Part shown: positions 1 through 14,003 of the stretch, piece after piece | Layout: each line of letters starts with the position of its first letter | Numbering within the stretch: the first letter of the stretch is position 1 | Assembly (NCBI RefSeq): GCF_006345805.1 | Contig: NC_043009.1 | Coordinates: forward strand, 67,022,001-67,086,000 | DNA: 64,000 nt | Source of the DNA: Octopus sinensis | Taxonomy: Eukaryota | Direction: 5' to 3' | The notes under the pieces: model-generated | The model's input: only the letters and a program-made list of their open reading frames with translations | What the model was told of the DNA's origin: nothing | Database searches by the model: none | Program-made: the position numbers and the translations under genes

Positions 1-1409
1 CAAAACCAGGTGCACTTTACTTTGAGAACACATGTTTAACATTTTCAAGATTTGAACTCACCATTAATCAAAGACTAAAAAAAAAAAATTCAAAATACTG
101 CAGAATTTTAGACAATGGTACCACTCTGCCAGTGAAAGAGTGTAAAATATTACTGGTACAAAACAGTGACTCCCAACCAGGGTCCATAAGATTTAGTCGT
201 TAAAAATTATTTGCAATAAATAAGTTATACTTCTACAATACAATGTTTGAATTTTTTATGTAAATCCTAATATATTTAATTATAGAAATATAATGGGGCT
301 TTTTTAAACTTCAAATGGCTCTGGGGATCCATTAGAGTGAAACAGGAACCAAAGGAATCCAGAGGCAGGAACAAAACAGCTAAGACCCACTGGTTGATGT
401 TACTTTAGCACCCAATATTTTACGAGCTATGAAATTACCCAATCTGGGTTAGGGTCACATTGCATAGGAAGTGACCAGGTAGACCACACAGTTAATGACC
501 CTTAAATATTGTCTAGTAGGAAGATGGATGAACAAAGTTGATCTTAACAGAATGAAAAGCATGGCTAAATAATAGCAGAATTCTTTTAGGGGTCTCAGTC
601 ATTGAACAGCCATGTTGGGACACTGCTTTCAATGGGTTTAGTCATTTCAATTGATCCCAATATTTTGTGTGGTACTTATTTTACCCAGCCCTACACTGCA
701 TGGTACCTTTGGACAAGTGTCCCCTACAGCCTCAAGTTGACCTGTACCACGAATAAAATTTGGTCAGAAACTATGCAGAAGTTGTGTGTCTATCCATTTA
801 CACCAATCTAAAAAGAAAAAAAGAACAATGCTTATGCTGTGCCTCTTTATGTCCAATAACTTTGCAGTTCAACAAAGCGATGAAGAAAGTAAGGGCTACA
901 TAGAAATAAGTTGTAGGGCCAACACAACTGGATTCATGGAAGCTGGCACTGCAGCACCTCTGCAGTCCAATGACAACCAGTTTGGGACTAGAAGTCATTA
1001 TAATTTGATACTGAAAGGAGTCAACTATTTTATTAATCTTGAAGGCAAACACACCGTGGGACATTAGCAATCAAATCAAGATGTTCTGGGTACTAATGAC
1101 TAGCAATAAGGAAGGTTTCTGGGAATAAGATATATTAGTCAGTGCTATGGTTGATACAAGTAGCCAATCGGTTGTGATAATACTGATTATCCCATCTTTG
1201 CTACTATTTCTAGTAATTTGAGAATCATGTAGAGCAGGCCTGGGGAACCTTTCAAAAGGGGCAGATTGGCAGGAGACCTTGTTCATCATCAGGTGGGTGG
1301 AGCCAAGGTAAAATCTTCATTAGGCACCATTCAGAAAGTTCTGTGGGTCACGTTTGACATGAAGGGACAGACAGGCTCCATCATAAACATTCATTTATGT
1401 AAAAAGCAC

Positions 1410-1600
1410 CAATCCGATCGTGGCTGTTGCCAGCCTCGCCTGGTCCCTGTGCTGGTGGCACTTTAAAAGCACCCACTACGGAGTGGTTGGCGTTAGGAAG
1501 GGCATCCAGCTGTAGAAACCGTGCCAGATCAGACTGGAGCCTGGTGTAGCCTCCTGGCTTCCCAGACCCCGGTTCAACCGTCCAACCTGTGCTAAACGAT
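1410..1600 (+). mobile_element. SINE family B fragment
   Basis: ggttggcgttaggaagggcatccagctgtagaaa...cagactggagcctgg body shared with many copies in the window. Confidence 0.8.
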
Positions 1601-1697
1601 AAGATCTTGTGAAGATATATTTCAGCATGGCATTTAAAACAGCTTTAAATCAAGAAAGAAAATAAAAAGAGAAAGTGTTAAAACCAAAAATGCTTAC

Positions 1698-1829
1698 GGC
1701 TCTTTCCACATAGGCGCTCATTAACTTCTTTAACGCTGTGTGCTTTCTGATTTTAAAATGAACTACACTACCATCCTGGCCAACCACTTTCAAATTGACA
1801 TGTTCACTGTCCATTTTTACCTCATCAAC
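1698..1829 (-). CDS. SUMO: SUMO2/3 (Smt3)-like small ubiquitin-related modifier, coding exon 2
   Basis: Translates to [44 protein letters not shown], the SUMO NLKV.GQDGS.V.FKI motif. Acceptor tctttccag|G and donor GCC|gtaagc; 132 nt, phase 0-0, matching the size and position of human SUMO2 exon 2. Confidence 0.95.
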
Positions 1830-2375
1830 CTGGAAAGACAAAGAGAAAAACAAAAAAAAAACTGAGACTAAACTTTAACCAATAAAAGTCAATTTCATTA
1901 TACACTTATTACTAAACTAACAAAAGATTTGCACCATTCTGCATTGCCAGCAATCGGATTGCCTACCGTTTTTTTTTTTTAGTAAACAAAGCCATTGGAA
2001 TATGCCAAATGTGAAGACAGCTCAAAACATTCCAACTACTTAAGAGACGGCCTAAAACATGAAAAAGCTCTTTTAATTCATCACCATCTAGAAATAAAAA
2101 AAAAATTGTAATATCAAAGCTAAACAGTTTGGATGGAGAGAATGCAATGCACTGTCACGAGACCAGGAGATATTGAAGATTCTTGACAATTTTTGTACAA
2201 ATAAAAGCAGAGAGAAAAAGCATCAAGAGAATCTCTCTTTATGACCAAAATATTTAAGAGATCAGATTTGAAAGAGGTTAAAAGGTTTTTGTAATGGGAA
2301 TATATAAACTAGTTTCCTAACATGCAAGTTATATATATGTATGGGGTGACACCACTAAGCAGTGACGTGTATCAA

Positions 2376-2716
2376 TATAAACTGTTGCCAGTTCAAATGT
2401 GCTGGAGGCATATTCGAACCTGCAAAGGAAGCCCCATTCTTTGTATTTTGTCTTGGAGAAAATTTCCTGCTGTAGACAAGTAGGAGTATATACACTGAGT
2501 CAGCATCTACCTTTCTCATCTCTGTAGTTGAAGAGGAGATGACCATTGTGAAATGCAAGCATCCCAGCCTGGTGAGAGAACACTGTGAGCTGACTTGTGT
2601 GGTTACACCTATTTGTTGACAGGGAGAAATTTCCATCACGTCAAAAGACAGTGAATGGCTTTTCTTGGAGGTTCGAATATGCCTGAAGCATATTTTGAAC
2701 TGGTAACAGGTTTGTA
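2376..2716. mobile_element. MITE with ~55-bp terminal inverted repeats, TA-flanked, in SUMO intron 1
   Basis: ctgttgccagttcaaatgtgctggaggcatattcgaacctgcaaaggaagcc (from 2382) is the imperfect reverse complement of ggcttttcttggaggttcgaatatgcctgaagcatattttgaactggtaacag (to 2709). TA at both outer ends. Confidence 0.6.
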
Positions 2717-5700
2717 AAAGTTATTGTAGGCTGTCCCAGTCTTGGAGATGGTCCCTAAAATATTCCATAGTAATCTTTTTATTATTAGACATGCCATGTT
2801 CTATTCTTCTGGAACAGATTTCTATTACTTTATTACACTGGGAGAGGGTAGGTGAGGGCAAAACAGGTTTAATGAATGAAAACCTCCAATGAACCGCAAT
2901 CTTAATGATCCAAAGAAAACTGAATCAAATGAAGATAAAAACTAATACAATAAAACAATGCAAATACTACAACAGAAACAACAATATAGTAGAATGGTAC
3001 CAGCCATATTATTCCTAAACAGTCATTTTGCAGATGTATTCCAAAGAGCCAAGAACCGATTTAGAAAAAAGATCTCCCAGTGCTCAATTTTATATTTACA
3101 AATCTTCACATACCACAACAAATTTGAAAATCCTCGACCTACAGAATAAAGCAAGCCTTTATTTGTGCACACACTCCAACTACATAAAAAAATCTTCAGA
3201 CAGTAAACACAAGTTTCACTAATAGGTTATCAAAGCAAAGTACCCTAACAGTTGCCTGAAGTAAAAAATAGTGCTCTCATAATCATTATTAATGGCCCTT
3301 AATATAGACAGAAGAGATAACCAAATACTAAAAACATCTACACCCCATGATAGAAACTTTGGTGATAGAGATCTATATATGCTTAACTACAAAAGAAATA
3401 AGATTTCTAATATTCCTACACCAAACATTGGACTTGCCAAAGCAAAGTTGCTAACAATACCAGTTATGTTAAGGAATTCAAATATTCTAAGCAAATTATA
3501 CCCCAAAATGATCAAGATCGAAGTAACACTTCAAATGGGACAGTTCTACACGTCCTCACTGGTGGCATTTCTACTTCGGCCCTACTTGATCACTGAAGTG
3601 GAACAAGCAGAGTTATGTACCTTGCACTTCAACTGGTACAATGGATTTTAGTGAAGTCTCAACTAATGACCTATGTATAGTAGTCAATCTAGAATTTGAC
3701 CTAAAAGTCTGCTTACATGATTCTTTCGTGTGTATTAGCCAAAAAGTTCTGCAGTAGTACTGCTTACTGTGTTGGATTGGGAGGAGTTTTAAGCAATCAG
3801 TTTAAGTAATGGACTGAAATGAGAAACTGCTACAAAACTTGATAGAAATTTTTTTTTTAATTATGAATGGCTTAATTGACATTTCTGATGTCTTTAGCAA
3901 TATTTCTGTTATTAACAAATACTGATGGATTATATAATCAAAATCGATCTTTTTTATATACGACAATCCAACAAAGCACCTTTTCTGCAAGACTAAAACT
4001 GGTGGAAACTATTTTATAAACCACTAAAGGGAACCTAATCAGAATGATATAAACCTTTGCCAACATTAAAAATCTACCAACTTAGTATTTACTCAATCCA
4101 CCTGGCCTGGATTAACACCACACATCGCCACCTGGCCTCCTTGGATGGAGTTCACTGTTGCAAGGATTCGGGTCAAGTGTCCAGTTTGAGGAGATCATCC
4201 TCCCTCTATCCTGATTAGGAAGATAAAAAAATCTAATACAGGTATTAGAAAAAATTAGACCCAATAAGTCAAAGATTTTGATAAAGATCAACCCTTAACA
4301 ATGGACCAGAGTGCGGAACCGACTGAAACAATGATTTATTAGCAAACCTAAAAGAAAATCCGAAATTAGCATCAAAGAAATCACAAAAAAAAATTAATAC
4401 ACAATGAAACCAACAAAAACAGCATATTTGGACCAACACAACAGACGACGGCAAACTATTTAAATCCTATAAGATGTTTATAGAGTTTTAGGCGGGTTGA
4501 GGAGAGGAAGGGATTCCTAACAATATTAAGGGATCTGCTAACGGAAGGACAATATCAAAAATTTTTCATTCATACAAAAAAAAAAAAAAAACCAAGCCCT
4601 ACAAATTAACCATCAAATGAGAAATATGACCACCACCACCACCAGCAAAGCACTTTAGAAAACTCCTACAAGTTAGACCAATTGTCCAAATCAAAACCTA
4701 TGACTGGGTAAGATGGAAATAAAATAGGAAAAAAGTCAATGTAGAGTTGGCCATCTAACAGATTTTACAAATGAAAGCTCAGGTATAATTTATCATGCAA
4801 ACAATATATATGAGAAATTAGAAAATTTAATGAATGTAAAAATTATATTCATATTTGTACAGTTTCTAGAATATGCCTTAGCTAAATTCATAGTTTAAGC
4901 AGACTTTACAAAGCAAAAATAATTTTAAAATTAAAAAAACACTTTATTAAAAAAAAAATAACAAACATATACCAGAATGAAATATTCAAATCTGCTTTTG
5001 AACTTACAGCAATATATTACAGCATAAGGATTTTGGATGGACAGGGGAATTTCAGAAACGGAAATACTTGCTAATTCTTTAGGTAGGCCAAAGCGGGGTC
5101 ACTGACAGCAACTCTAGATTCAACGAGAAAGTTACACAATATGGATTAGGGTAAAAATTCCAACTATATATTGGAAAAAATATATTTAAATGTAAAAAAA
5201 AAAAAGACAAAAACACATATAATATATAAACACACGTACAACTAACCTCCTGAAAGTCAAATGATAAAATAAACTGGACCAAGACTTATTCTATCACCAC
5301 AAACAGGCAGAGAGAGACGAAAGGAAATCTAGTCTAGTGACAATTTCCAAGGATTTATTTCTCACTAGAATCAAATTTAGTCGATTTAATATCACAGACA
5401 CAAATTGAATGTTAAATTAGATTAATAGATGCAGAGAACACAAGATTACATGATAATACTATACTAACTTTGATACCTATTAAATTTAGAATACTATAAA
5501 AGTAGAACTGGTCACTTTACGTAGGATGAAATAAACACGGTGGTAATAAGTAATAGTTCAATATTAAATACAAGAAACGGCGCCAACTGTTGTTACGATG
5601 TGGCAATGGACTGGAAAAAACCTCTGAAGAGAGTTGAAACGGTTTCGGTTCTTCCTTAAGAAATTTAAAAGTCTAAGACATCTCGATAAAAACAATTCTT

Positions 5701-8079
5701 ACTGCTTCTAGTCTAGATACATCTAAACTTAGCGGACATAAATAATATAACCAAGAAAAGTGAAAGCATGAATGACGATTCGTAAGGGAAGACAAAAAAG
5801 ATCGCATTCACGGTTGATCGAGGAATTGGAGAGAAAAGAAAAGAAAAAGAGGAATTCTTGAAGGAAATAAATTGAAATCAAATACGTACAAGGAAGGAAG
5901 GAAGCAATGGGAAATGTCAAATCAGAGCCTTTCAAAGAACTAAAGGAAAAGGGAGCTATTTCTAGTAAGATGTGAAAAGCAGTCGATTATCTTTAAAACA
6001 AAACTATTGCCAGGCTAAAAGCTACAATAAAAAGGTGTAAATGTGATCAATATTTTTAATACCAGCAAAATATAAGGAAAAGACAAAAAAACATTAGCGT
6101 GTCCCAGTATGGCCACAGACGAATGGCATTTTTTTTTACCCTGTCCACACATGCAATCAAATGTACTTTTATCAGATATTTTATACACACGCCAACATAA
6201 GACAAAAAAGCTTTTGAGTACAAGGGGACAGAAAGTGTTTTTGGGACGGCACGTGTTTGTACCAAGTAGTCGTAGGAGGGGGCAAAAATAATAAAAGGGG
6301 TCGACTCCATAGTTGCTGCCGGTTCCTTTAAAACATTTCAGACTGGCTGTGGTGAGGGTGCTTTGGCTGCCAAGTCGACTGGAGAAAACCTTTCGGTACC
6401 ACCAAATGTTTACCTCTCTTACACACGCACATTGATAAAACGGGGTGAGGGGAGAAAGGGTCGAGGAAAGACACACGGGAAAAACTGTAAAATAAAAATT
6501 GAAAAAAGCTAAATGTTTAATAATGAAAAGAAATATAAGTGGCAGTGTATAATAATAATGGTGGTGAAAATACAAGGAAAAGGCGGGAGAAAGAGAGAGA
6601 GAAGGTGGAATGGATATTTTTGCATCCAGCAACATTGGAGTGTAATTGAGAGCGACATGACCAGAGTAGAGAGAGGGAGAGAGTAGTGCGGGGAGGAGGA
6701 GGAGAGTAAAAGTTGTGAGAGAGAGAGGAAGTTGGAGAAAATAAATAAGAGAGGATGTAGAAAGATAATAACGGCTGAGAGAGGAGGACAAAGACATAAA
6801 GAGAGAGGGGGAGAGAGAATGAGAGTGCAGGCCGACAGGCAGGCAGGCGTGGATTGGGGAAGGTAAGATATATGTGGACAAGGGTGTGTGAGTACAGTGG
6901 ACAGTGAAGGGGAGGAAGGAAGGCAGAGACAAAGAAACGGAGGAGTGGGTAGAAAAAGAGACAAGGAAGGAGAGAGGGGGAAAGAAAGGAGAAAAATGTA
7001 AGCGGGAGAGAAAGAAAATAGGAGGAAGAGAAAGTAGGAAGCCGGTTGTGGAGTCGAGTTGAAGTGATATTAGATGAGTGAAGGGAGGAGGAGTTGAGTG
7101 GAATGTGAGTAGGAGGTTGAGTGAAAGGATATTTTGGAAAGAAAATGGGGGCAACAAGAGAGGAGGAGGAAGAGATTCGAGTGTAAGTATAAGTAGAAGA
7201 GGAAGTGAGGAAGAGAGAAAAGTGAATCGCTGAGGTTGGATCTCAATGGAATCTCCAATGTTGGAAATAAAAGACAAAAGCCGCCGCCAAGACAGCAGGA
7301 AGAGACGACATTGAGGTGTCGTGGTGGTGGTGTGATGGTGGTTCGTAGACAAATAAAAGAACTCTCGTAGCTACTACCGGTTCCTTTTCAAAAGGAAGAG
7401 AGTAGGAGCCATGCCACACTCCTTTTTTTTCCTTCTTTCCTCCTCGTTCATGTTTAGTCACACCGACTCAAAAATTCTTAATATCATAATTAGTCATTGG
7501 AAATTCCACAAATAGGATTTTTTTTTTATAAATATATACACATATATATATAAAGTAGCATTTCCTCTTATTCAGGGGGGTGAAAAAAATGTCAGGAAAA
7601 CGATGTGTAATAATAATATATGTATATGCCTATCGTTTTATAATTAAAAATCGAGACAAAGGCAGAAACTGGATGGATATGTGTGTAGGAAAATATATAG
7701 AAAGTGAAGCAATTAGATGGTTGGTTTCTAATTAAATTAAGCAGTGCAGAAAGAGATTAGGCATCAAATATTTTTGCTTTGTTTGAAGCAAAGTCTGGGG
7801 GTCGTTAGCGATTTATTTAAATCTAAAAAGGTGGAGAAATACAGAGAAGAATGTGTGTCAGAAAGAGAGAAAATCACCAAAGACTCCATTGGAAGAATTG
7901 GATGAAGCTCAACACTTTTCTCTCGTGTTTACAGCTTTTTTTTTTTTTTTTGGCTTTTCTTTGCTTTTTTTTTTTTTTTGATTTTGCTGTCATTTAAAAA
8001 TACAAAAATTAAGGATTATTTTTTTTTTTAAATGTCGAAATGACCAAACACGATTTACAGGTGGAAACATTAAATATGT

Positions 8080-8085
8080 GTGTAT

Positions 8086-8116
<31 letters not shown>

Positions 8117-8430
8117 GTTAATAGTCCGGGTACTATTAATACTAATAGAAATTATTCATCATCCACCAATGCGGTGTTGATAACTCATTCTTTAGTTCGT
8201 TATTCTGTGTATGTGTGTGTATGTATATATATATGTATGTATGAATGTATATATATATGTGTGTGTGTATATATATATGTATGTATGTGTGTGTATGTAT
8301 ATATATGTATGTGTGTATATATTTGTATGTGTGTGTATATGTATATATGTGTGTGTGTATATATATATATGTATGTGTATATATATATATGTATGTGTAT
8401 TTATATATATGTATGTGTATATATATATAT
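8080..8430. repeat. compound (AT)n/(GT)n microsatellite
   Basis: Direct reading; source of the Y/I/C/V-rich spurious ORFs. Confidence 0.95.
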
Positions 8431-8927
8431 AAAGCATAAAAGTGGCACATTTAATGGGAATTATTCTAACATAAATACAGCTCGAAAATAGATAATTTGT
8501 GGAGGGTAATAATAGATTTGTGTCAGGCAAAACGGAGAGAAACAAATTAATGTGGTTCAAAACTGAAAAAATTTGAATGTTTCGCTAAGCTTTTTTTTTT
8601 TTCCTTCTCCTTCTTCGGCCAAGAAAAGAGAGGAGAGACCGGGGGAGACTTTTTATACGACCCACGATGAAGAAAAGAGGCACTTAGACACACAGAAATG
8701 TATGTGATTTAAAGAGTGTACATACAAACGAGTATGTGGTTCAAAACGATTGTATATATACACACATATATGTATATATTTGTGTGGCTGTGTATACACA
8801 GACACACGCGGCTACACTTCTGTACAGACTCAGATATCATCGATAGACAAAGAGATTATCGGTTTTTTTATGAAGACGAGGGTATAAGGAATAGAAGAGG
8901 GTTAAGACGAAGCCTGCATATATCTAC

Positions 8928-8945
8928 CTTCTTGTCATCAGGCAT
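8928..8945 (-). CDS. SUMO: SUMO coding exon 1 (MPDDKK)
   Basis: ATG CCT GAT GAC AAG AAG|gtagat. A short acidic/Lys N-terminus like MADEKPK, a phase-0 donor that joins in frame to exon 2, and promoter motifs directly upstream. Confidence 0.8.
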
Positions 8946-9011
8946 GATGCACCACCAGCAATGGGTTTGGCGGATGAAACTTCTTTTTTCTCTTAGGACA
9001 GACGGCGTACA

Positions 9012-9079
9012 AAAATGGCGCACTCTACTTACTGTTGTTCTCCTGCCCGACACTCCGATGTCAACTCGACGCTGATTGG
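9012..9079 (-). promoter_or_regulatory. SUMO promoter: YY1-like motif and CCAAT box
   Basis: AAAATGGCGC at 9012-9021 (GCGCCATTTT on minus) and ATTGG at 9075-9079 (CCAAT on minus), in a CpG-enriched patch 70-130 bp upstream of the ATG. Confidence 0.6.
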
Positions 9080-9597
9080 TCCGCTCGCTTGACCTTAAAC
9101 TGCCCTTTTAAAATGTGGCTATTCGAATTTTTAAAAACAAGCACTTCATAAAATAGATATTATATATTTAATAGCGTGGCTGTGTTCTTCCAACAGATTA
9201 CAGCGATTCGAAATTTATTGAGTTCTCTAAATTCACTGCTGATTGCTGGGGGTCATATATCCAATCAACGTGCGCCTTATGGCCTCCATTCAGTTGGAGA
9301 CGGAAAATCGAAGAAAATTACAAAATCTTTCAAATTTTTCAACATCTTTCTTATTTGTCTTCTTTGAACGAAATCGCTTAATTTCATAAAGTAATTATCA
9401 TATAAGCAATGACTATTTTTAAAATATACGTAATTTAAAATTAGTCCGCTATTATTTTTAAGGGTTTAATTTTTTTTTTTAATACTTTATGAATAAATAA
9501 AACACTGCAAAAAAAAAAATTAAAATATAAATATTTATTGTAATATTGGAGATGAAGAAGGAAAATTTGTATCAATAATTTATTTTAAAAGTAGACA

Positions 9598-9865
9598 TGC
9601 CCCGGGCCGACCAAGAACCTAAGAGTAGATTTGGTTAGACGGAAACTGAGGGAAGCATATCGTGTGTGCGTGTGTTCCCACATTCACACCGCTTGACAAC
9701 CGGTGTTGGTTTGTTTACGTCCCCGTAACCTAGCGGTTCGGCTACTGAGACCAATAGAATAAGTACCAGACTTTAAAAACGCACAAATACTGGTAAAAGA
9801 TTTGTTCGGCTGAATGCTAAGGCGGTGCCCCAGCTTGGCCGCGGTCCGCTGGCTGAAACAAATAA
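9598..9865 (+). mobile_element. SINE family A fragment
   Basis: cccgggccgacc...gatttggttagacggaaactg...tttacgtccccgtaacctagcggttcggc...ggcggtgccccagc matches the family A body. Confidence 0.75.
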
Positions 9866-10309
9866 AACATTGATGATGTCTGAGCGAAAGAGAAGAGTTG
9901 ATTCATCGTTTAGTTATTTTAATTATCCAGTTTGTTAGATGTGAGAATTAAAATATTAGAATTCCACGACAATTTGCAGTTGACAACAACGACAATAAAA
10001 TTATTTACAGTTATTCAGTGGGGTGACACCTTTTCTTAATTTTGTTTTATTGTTTATACTAATTATTAATTAACTGGTTGAACTCAAAATTAAAATTAAT
10101 AAGACCCACTTAAATACTGATTGAGATATCAATTAAAGGATGTGATTCTAAAAAGGGACTGGGGTGAATACAATCCTTAATTACGCAATAATATTTTACA
10201 TAAGAATCCATTAAAAATATATAATGTCTATTGAAGGTTATCTCCCTTAGCTGGTAGTAGCCATATAAATATTAAAGTATATAAGGTAGGGGCAGTATAA
10301 TAGATTGAT

Positions 10310-10518
10310 TCCCGGTTTGGCACGAGGCCCGCAGTTTTGAGGGGAGGGGTAAGTCGATTATATTGACCCCAGTGCTCAACCGGTACTTATTTTATCGATC
10401 CTGAAAGAATAAAAAGGCAAAGTCAACTTCGGTGGCATTTGAATCAAGAATATAAGGAGCCTGAAGAAATGTCGCAAAACATTTTTGTCCGACGCGGTTC
10501 TGTCGATTCTGCCAGCTC
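10310..10518 (-). mobile_element. SINE family C, alternative-tail type
   Basis: Reverse complement of the gtcgactttgcctttcatcctttcggggtcgataaa..aagtaccag body with a tRNA-like head. Confidence 0.75.
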
Positions 10519-12159
10519 GCTGCTTTAGGAACAGTATAGTGTTTGATTCTGACTTCTCTCTAGTCTATGCCTTAATGAAAAAGGATAAAGCTTAAGTTTA
10601 TTAAACCTCTAACAATAGCAGATAAATCTCCCTCAAACCACACCCAAGTGTAATAAAGAAGAAGAATATATTCTGGACAATCAAGGCTTAGGAATTTTAT
10701 GGCTGGAATAAAAAGGTGGGTGGGACAGATACGGTTACGTGGAATGCCTTTGATCAGACGTCTGTTCGATCAGGGCTACAGAGCAGCGTAAGCAACACCC
10801 CTACAATACAGAGTAATGTAAGGGTCCAGACCCCAGAGAACTGATTGAGCGACTGCTTGTTGAGCTAACGAAGGGGAACGTCACTGTACTTGCTAGAAAT
10901 AGCAGCCAAACACCCTAAATCACATCCTACCACCTTTAATCAAGGGGGGGGGGAAACATACATTCTACAGTGTAGCTCTGTTGTACTATAAAACGGGATC
11001 GCTCATTGCTTTTAATCATATATTAACTGCTGCTGCTATCAGGGCTGATCTGGGACTAAACAACAACCTGGAGTCGATTCGCTGTTAAATTTATTTCCCG
11101 TCACTTTACGGCACATTAGGGAGTGTCTTTAACTTCCTACGATTTCATATTTTCTCATTCTCTAAAGAACTCTATCAATTATTGATATAAGGCATGTTGA
11201 TCACTCAAGCAAACATCTGAGATAATATATCTATCCTAAGTGTGTGTGTATGCAAAAGAAATTGATCGTTAAATGTGTAATCCTATGAAAAGCCTCCTCG
11301 TTTTATTGCACGCCGCGGATGAATGAATGAAAAGCTAAAACCCATCTTTTCATACTTCAATGAGAATAGACTTTAAAATGTATTATCGCAACTTAGATTA
11401 TATTAATGAGGAAATAAATAAAAATATATCAGTTTTCTTGTTTTTTTTTGTTTTTTTTTCTAAGCAATGGATTATCTTAGTTGTCGCAGTTCTTAACTTC
11501 TAAATTAATAAAAAAAACTATTCTTAATATTTTAATGACTGCGTTTTGGATTTCTTTATGTTTATTCCATTATTTACCCAATTTCATCATCAAAATTCTA
11601 GAGAAAATGCATGAACATCACAACGGTCTATTTCTCATTATCGACATTTTTTTTTTTAATTGTTATTTTGTTGCACTTCTCAAAACAATTAACTCCAACA
11701 TTGAAATGGTGGATGAATTTTTTTTTTTTTTTTTTTGCGCAAAATGAATTTTTCTGGGCTGAACTTTTGCGACCGACGTGATTTACGATTTCGATGGGAT
11801 TATAATTCAGTTTTGGGATCACTTGACAGAGTAAATCTGAGAAAGAATAATTTCTAGTTGCGCTGATGAGTCATGAGAAAAACGAAATTAAAGATCAGAA
11901 AAAGGCCGAATTATATGTATGCGTGTGTGTGTGTGTGTGTTCATATTATTATTATTATTACTACTACTACTACTACTATTAATTATTATTATTATTATTA
12001 AAATTCCATGAAATTTAATTTGAAGCATCCTTGTTTATATTCATACTTTGAAATTTTTGCTAGACTTGTTTTGTTTAATCACACGCAAAACTATAAAATA
12101 GAAAAAAAGTTAACATACGTTTTCGGAAATACATTAAATGTGTGTGCGTGAATGTATGT

Positions 12160-12601
<442 letters not shown>

Positions 12602-13003
12602 ATCATCTCTTCCTCTCTCTCCCTCTCTTCCACTCATATCTCATCTATCTCTTCCTCTCTCTCCCTCTCTTCCACTCCCTCTCCCTCTCTCTATAAAGCC
12701 ATATACACACATACATACAGAAAGAGTGAGTTTTATTGAAGCTGAAAACTTTTCAACCCTTGCTGTCTTCTCTAAAAGTTCCTTTTTGTCTGATACCAAG
12801 AAACTCAGAGTAGTAGATTGGGAAGTTTTCAACTCCAGTAATACACAATATTTTAATATTTTCCAATGCTACTGGTGTTCAAGAGCTATTTTCTCCCATT
12901 TATTTTCCACAAAAACATACAGATATATAATTGATAATGCATGTATTGCCTATATGTATATTTTATCTGACTATACTTATATATATATATAGTTATACAG
13001 GTA

Positions 13004-13322
13004 TCTATATATATAAAACTAAGAATGTGTCTGTCTGTGTGAATCCCTAAAACTTGAGAACTACACAACCAATTTCATTCAAATTTTACACATGCCATAC
13101 TTAGGGTTTATGTAGTGTCATGGGCAAAAAGAAAATTTTAACTTCTTGCCTAGGGCGAGCCCACACCAATATCATAGCTTCTCCACTATTTCAGTATTAT
13201 ATGTTAAAAGTGAAACAAAGACATCTCTCCATTGTCATGTCAAATGCTTTCACTTTAATAGTTTCACTTTAATACTGAAACTATTAAAGTGAAACAATTA
13301 TAAAAGAGGGATGAACGGCTAG
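13004..13322 (+). mobile_element. non-autonomous Helitron-like element
   Basis: Starts A|TCTATATATATAAAA...tgtctgtctgtg...ccaatttcattcaaatttt, like the other copies; possible CTAG|T end at ~13322 (uncertain). Confidence 0.5.
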
Positions 13323-13438
13323 TGGACATCCATTTTGCTAGATCCGCTATGGTCTTACCACTAACAAAGGAATTGTAAGACCATAGCGGATCTTCTTCTA
13401 GCATAATGGATGTCCACTTACAGGTCATCCCTCTTATA
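13299..13438. repeat. fold-back / MITE-like inverted repeat, TA-flanked
   Basis: agagggatga..gtggacatccatt..gctaga tccgctatggtcttac / gtaagaccatagcgga..tctagc..aatggatgtccac..tcatccctct, with a perfect 18-bp inner stem. Confidence 0.75.
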
Positions 13439-13615
13439 TGTATGTAATATCATTTTTTCTGAAACTTCAGAATATTTCAATATACTACACCACTGGTTTT
13501 AAATTGATATTAATCAAATTAATATTCAATTTTTCACCCTTATTATTTTAAATTTAAATTTACATGTATATATAGATGTGCATATATATATATATATATA
13601 TACATGTGTACATAT

Positions 13616-13944
13616 GTGGCTGTGTGGTAAGTAGCTTGTTTACCAACCACATGGTTCCGGGTTCAGTCCCACTGCCTGGCACCTTGGGCAAGTGTCTTCT
13701 ACTATAGCCCCGGGCCGACCAAAGCCTTGTGAGTGTTTGTGTGTCTGTGTTTGTCCCCCTAGCATTGCTTGACAACCGATACTGGTGTGTTTATGTCCCC
13801 GTTACTTAGCGGTTCGGCAAAAGAGACCGATAGAATAAGTACTGGGCTTACAAAAGAATAAGTCCCGGGGTCGAGTTGCTCGATTAAAGGCGGTGCTCCA
13901 GCATGGCCGCAGTCAAATGACTGAAACAAGTAAAAGAGTAAAAG
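13616..13944 (+). mobile_element. tRNA-derived SINE family A (internally deleted)
   Basis: A-box TGGCTGTGTGG, B-box GGTTCAGTCCC, tail gactgaaacaagtaaaagagtaaaaga. Confidence 0.9.
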
Positions 13945-14003
13945 ATATATATATATGTACATGTATATATATACATGTATATATACATAGATTTATATGT
14001 ATA

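Noticed and set aside
164-392. hAT-type MITE (cagtgactcccaacc...gacccactg)
   Set aside because: TIR match is short and degenerate with no 8-bp TSD; plausible but unsupported.
1-1697. SUMO exons 3-4 (FRFDG... and QQQTGG)
   Set aside because: Looked for on the minus strand and not found; presumably left of the window.
6015-7352. 445-aa ORF, the longest in the track
   Set aside because: L/S/F/P-rich translation of the antisense of a GA-rich low-complexity tract in SUMO intron 1; no domain.
11863-11890. CTGATGA...GAAA hammerhead-like spacing
   Set aside because: Stem II has only ~2 bp, and there is no GAAAC/GUH or stem I; a chance match.
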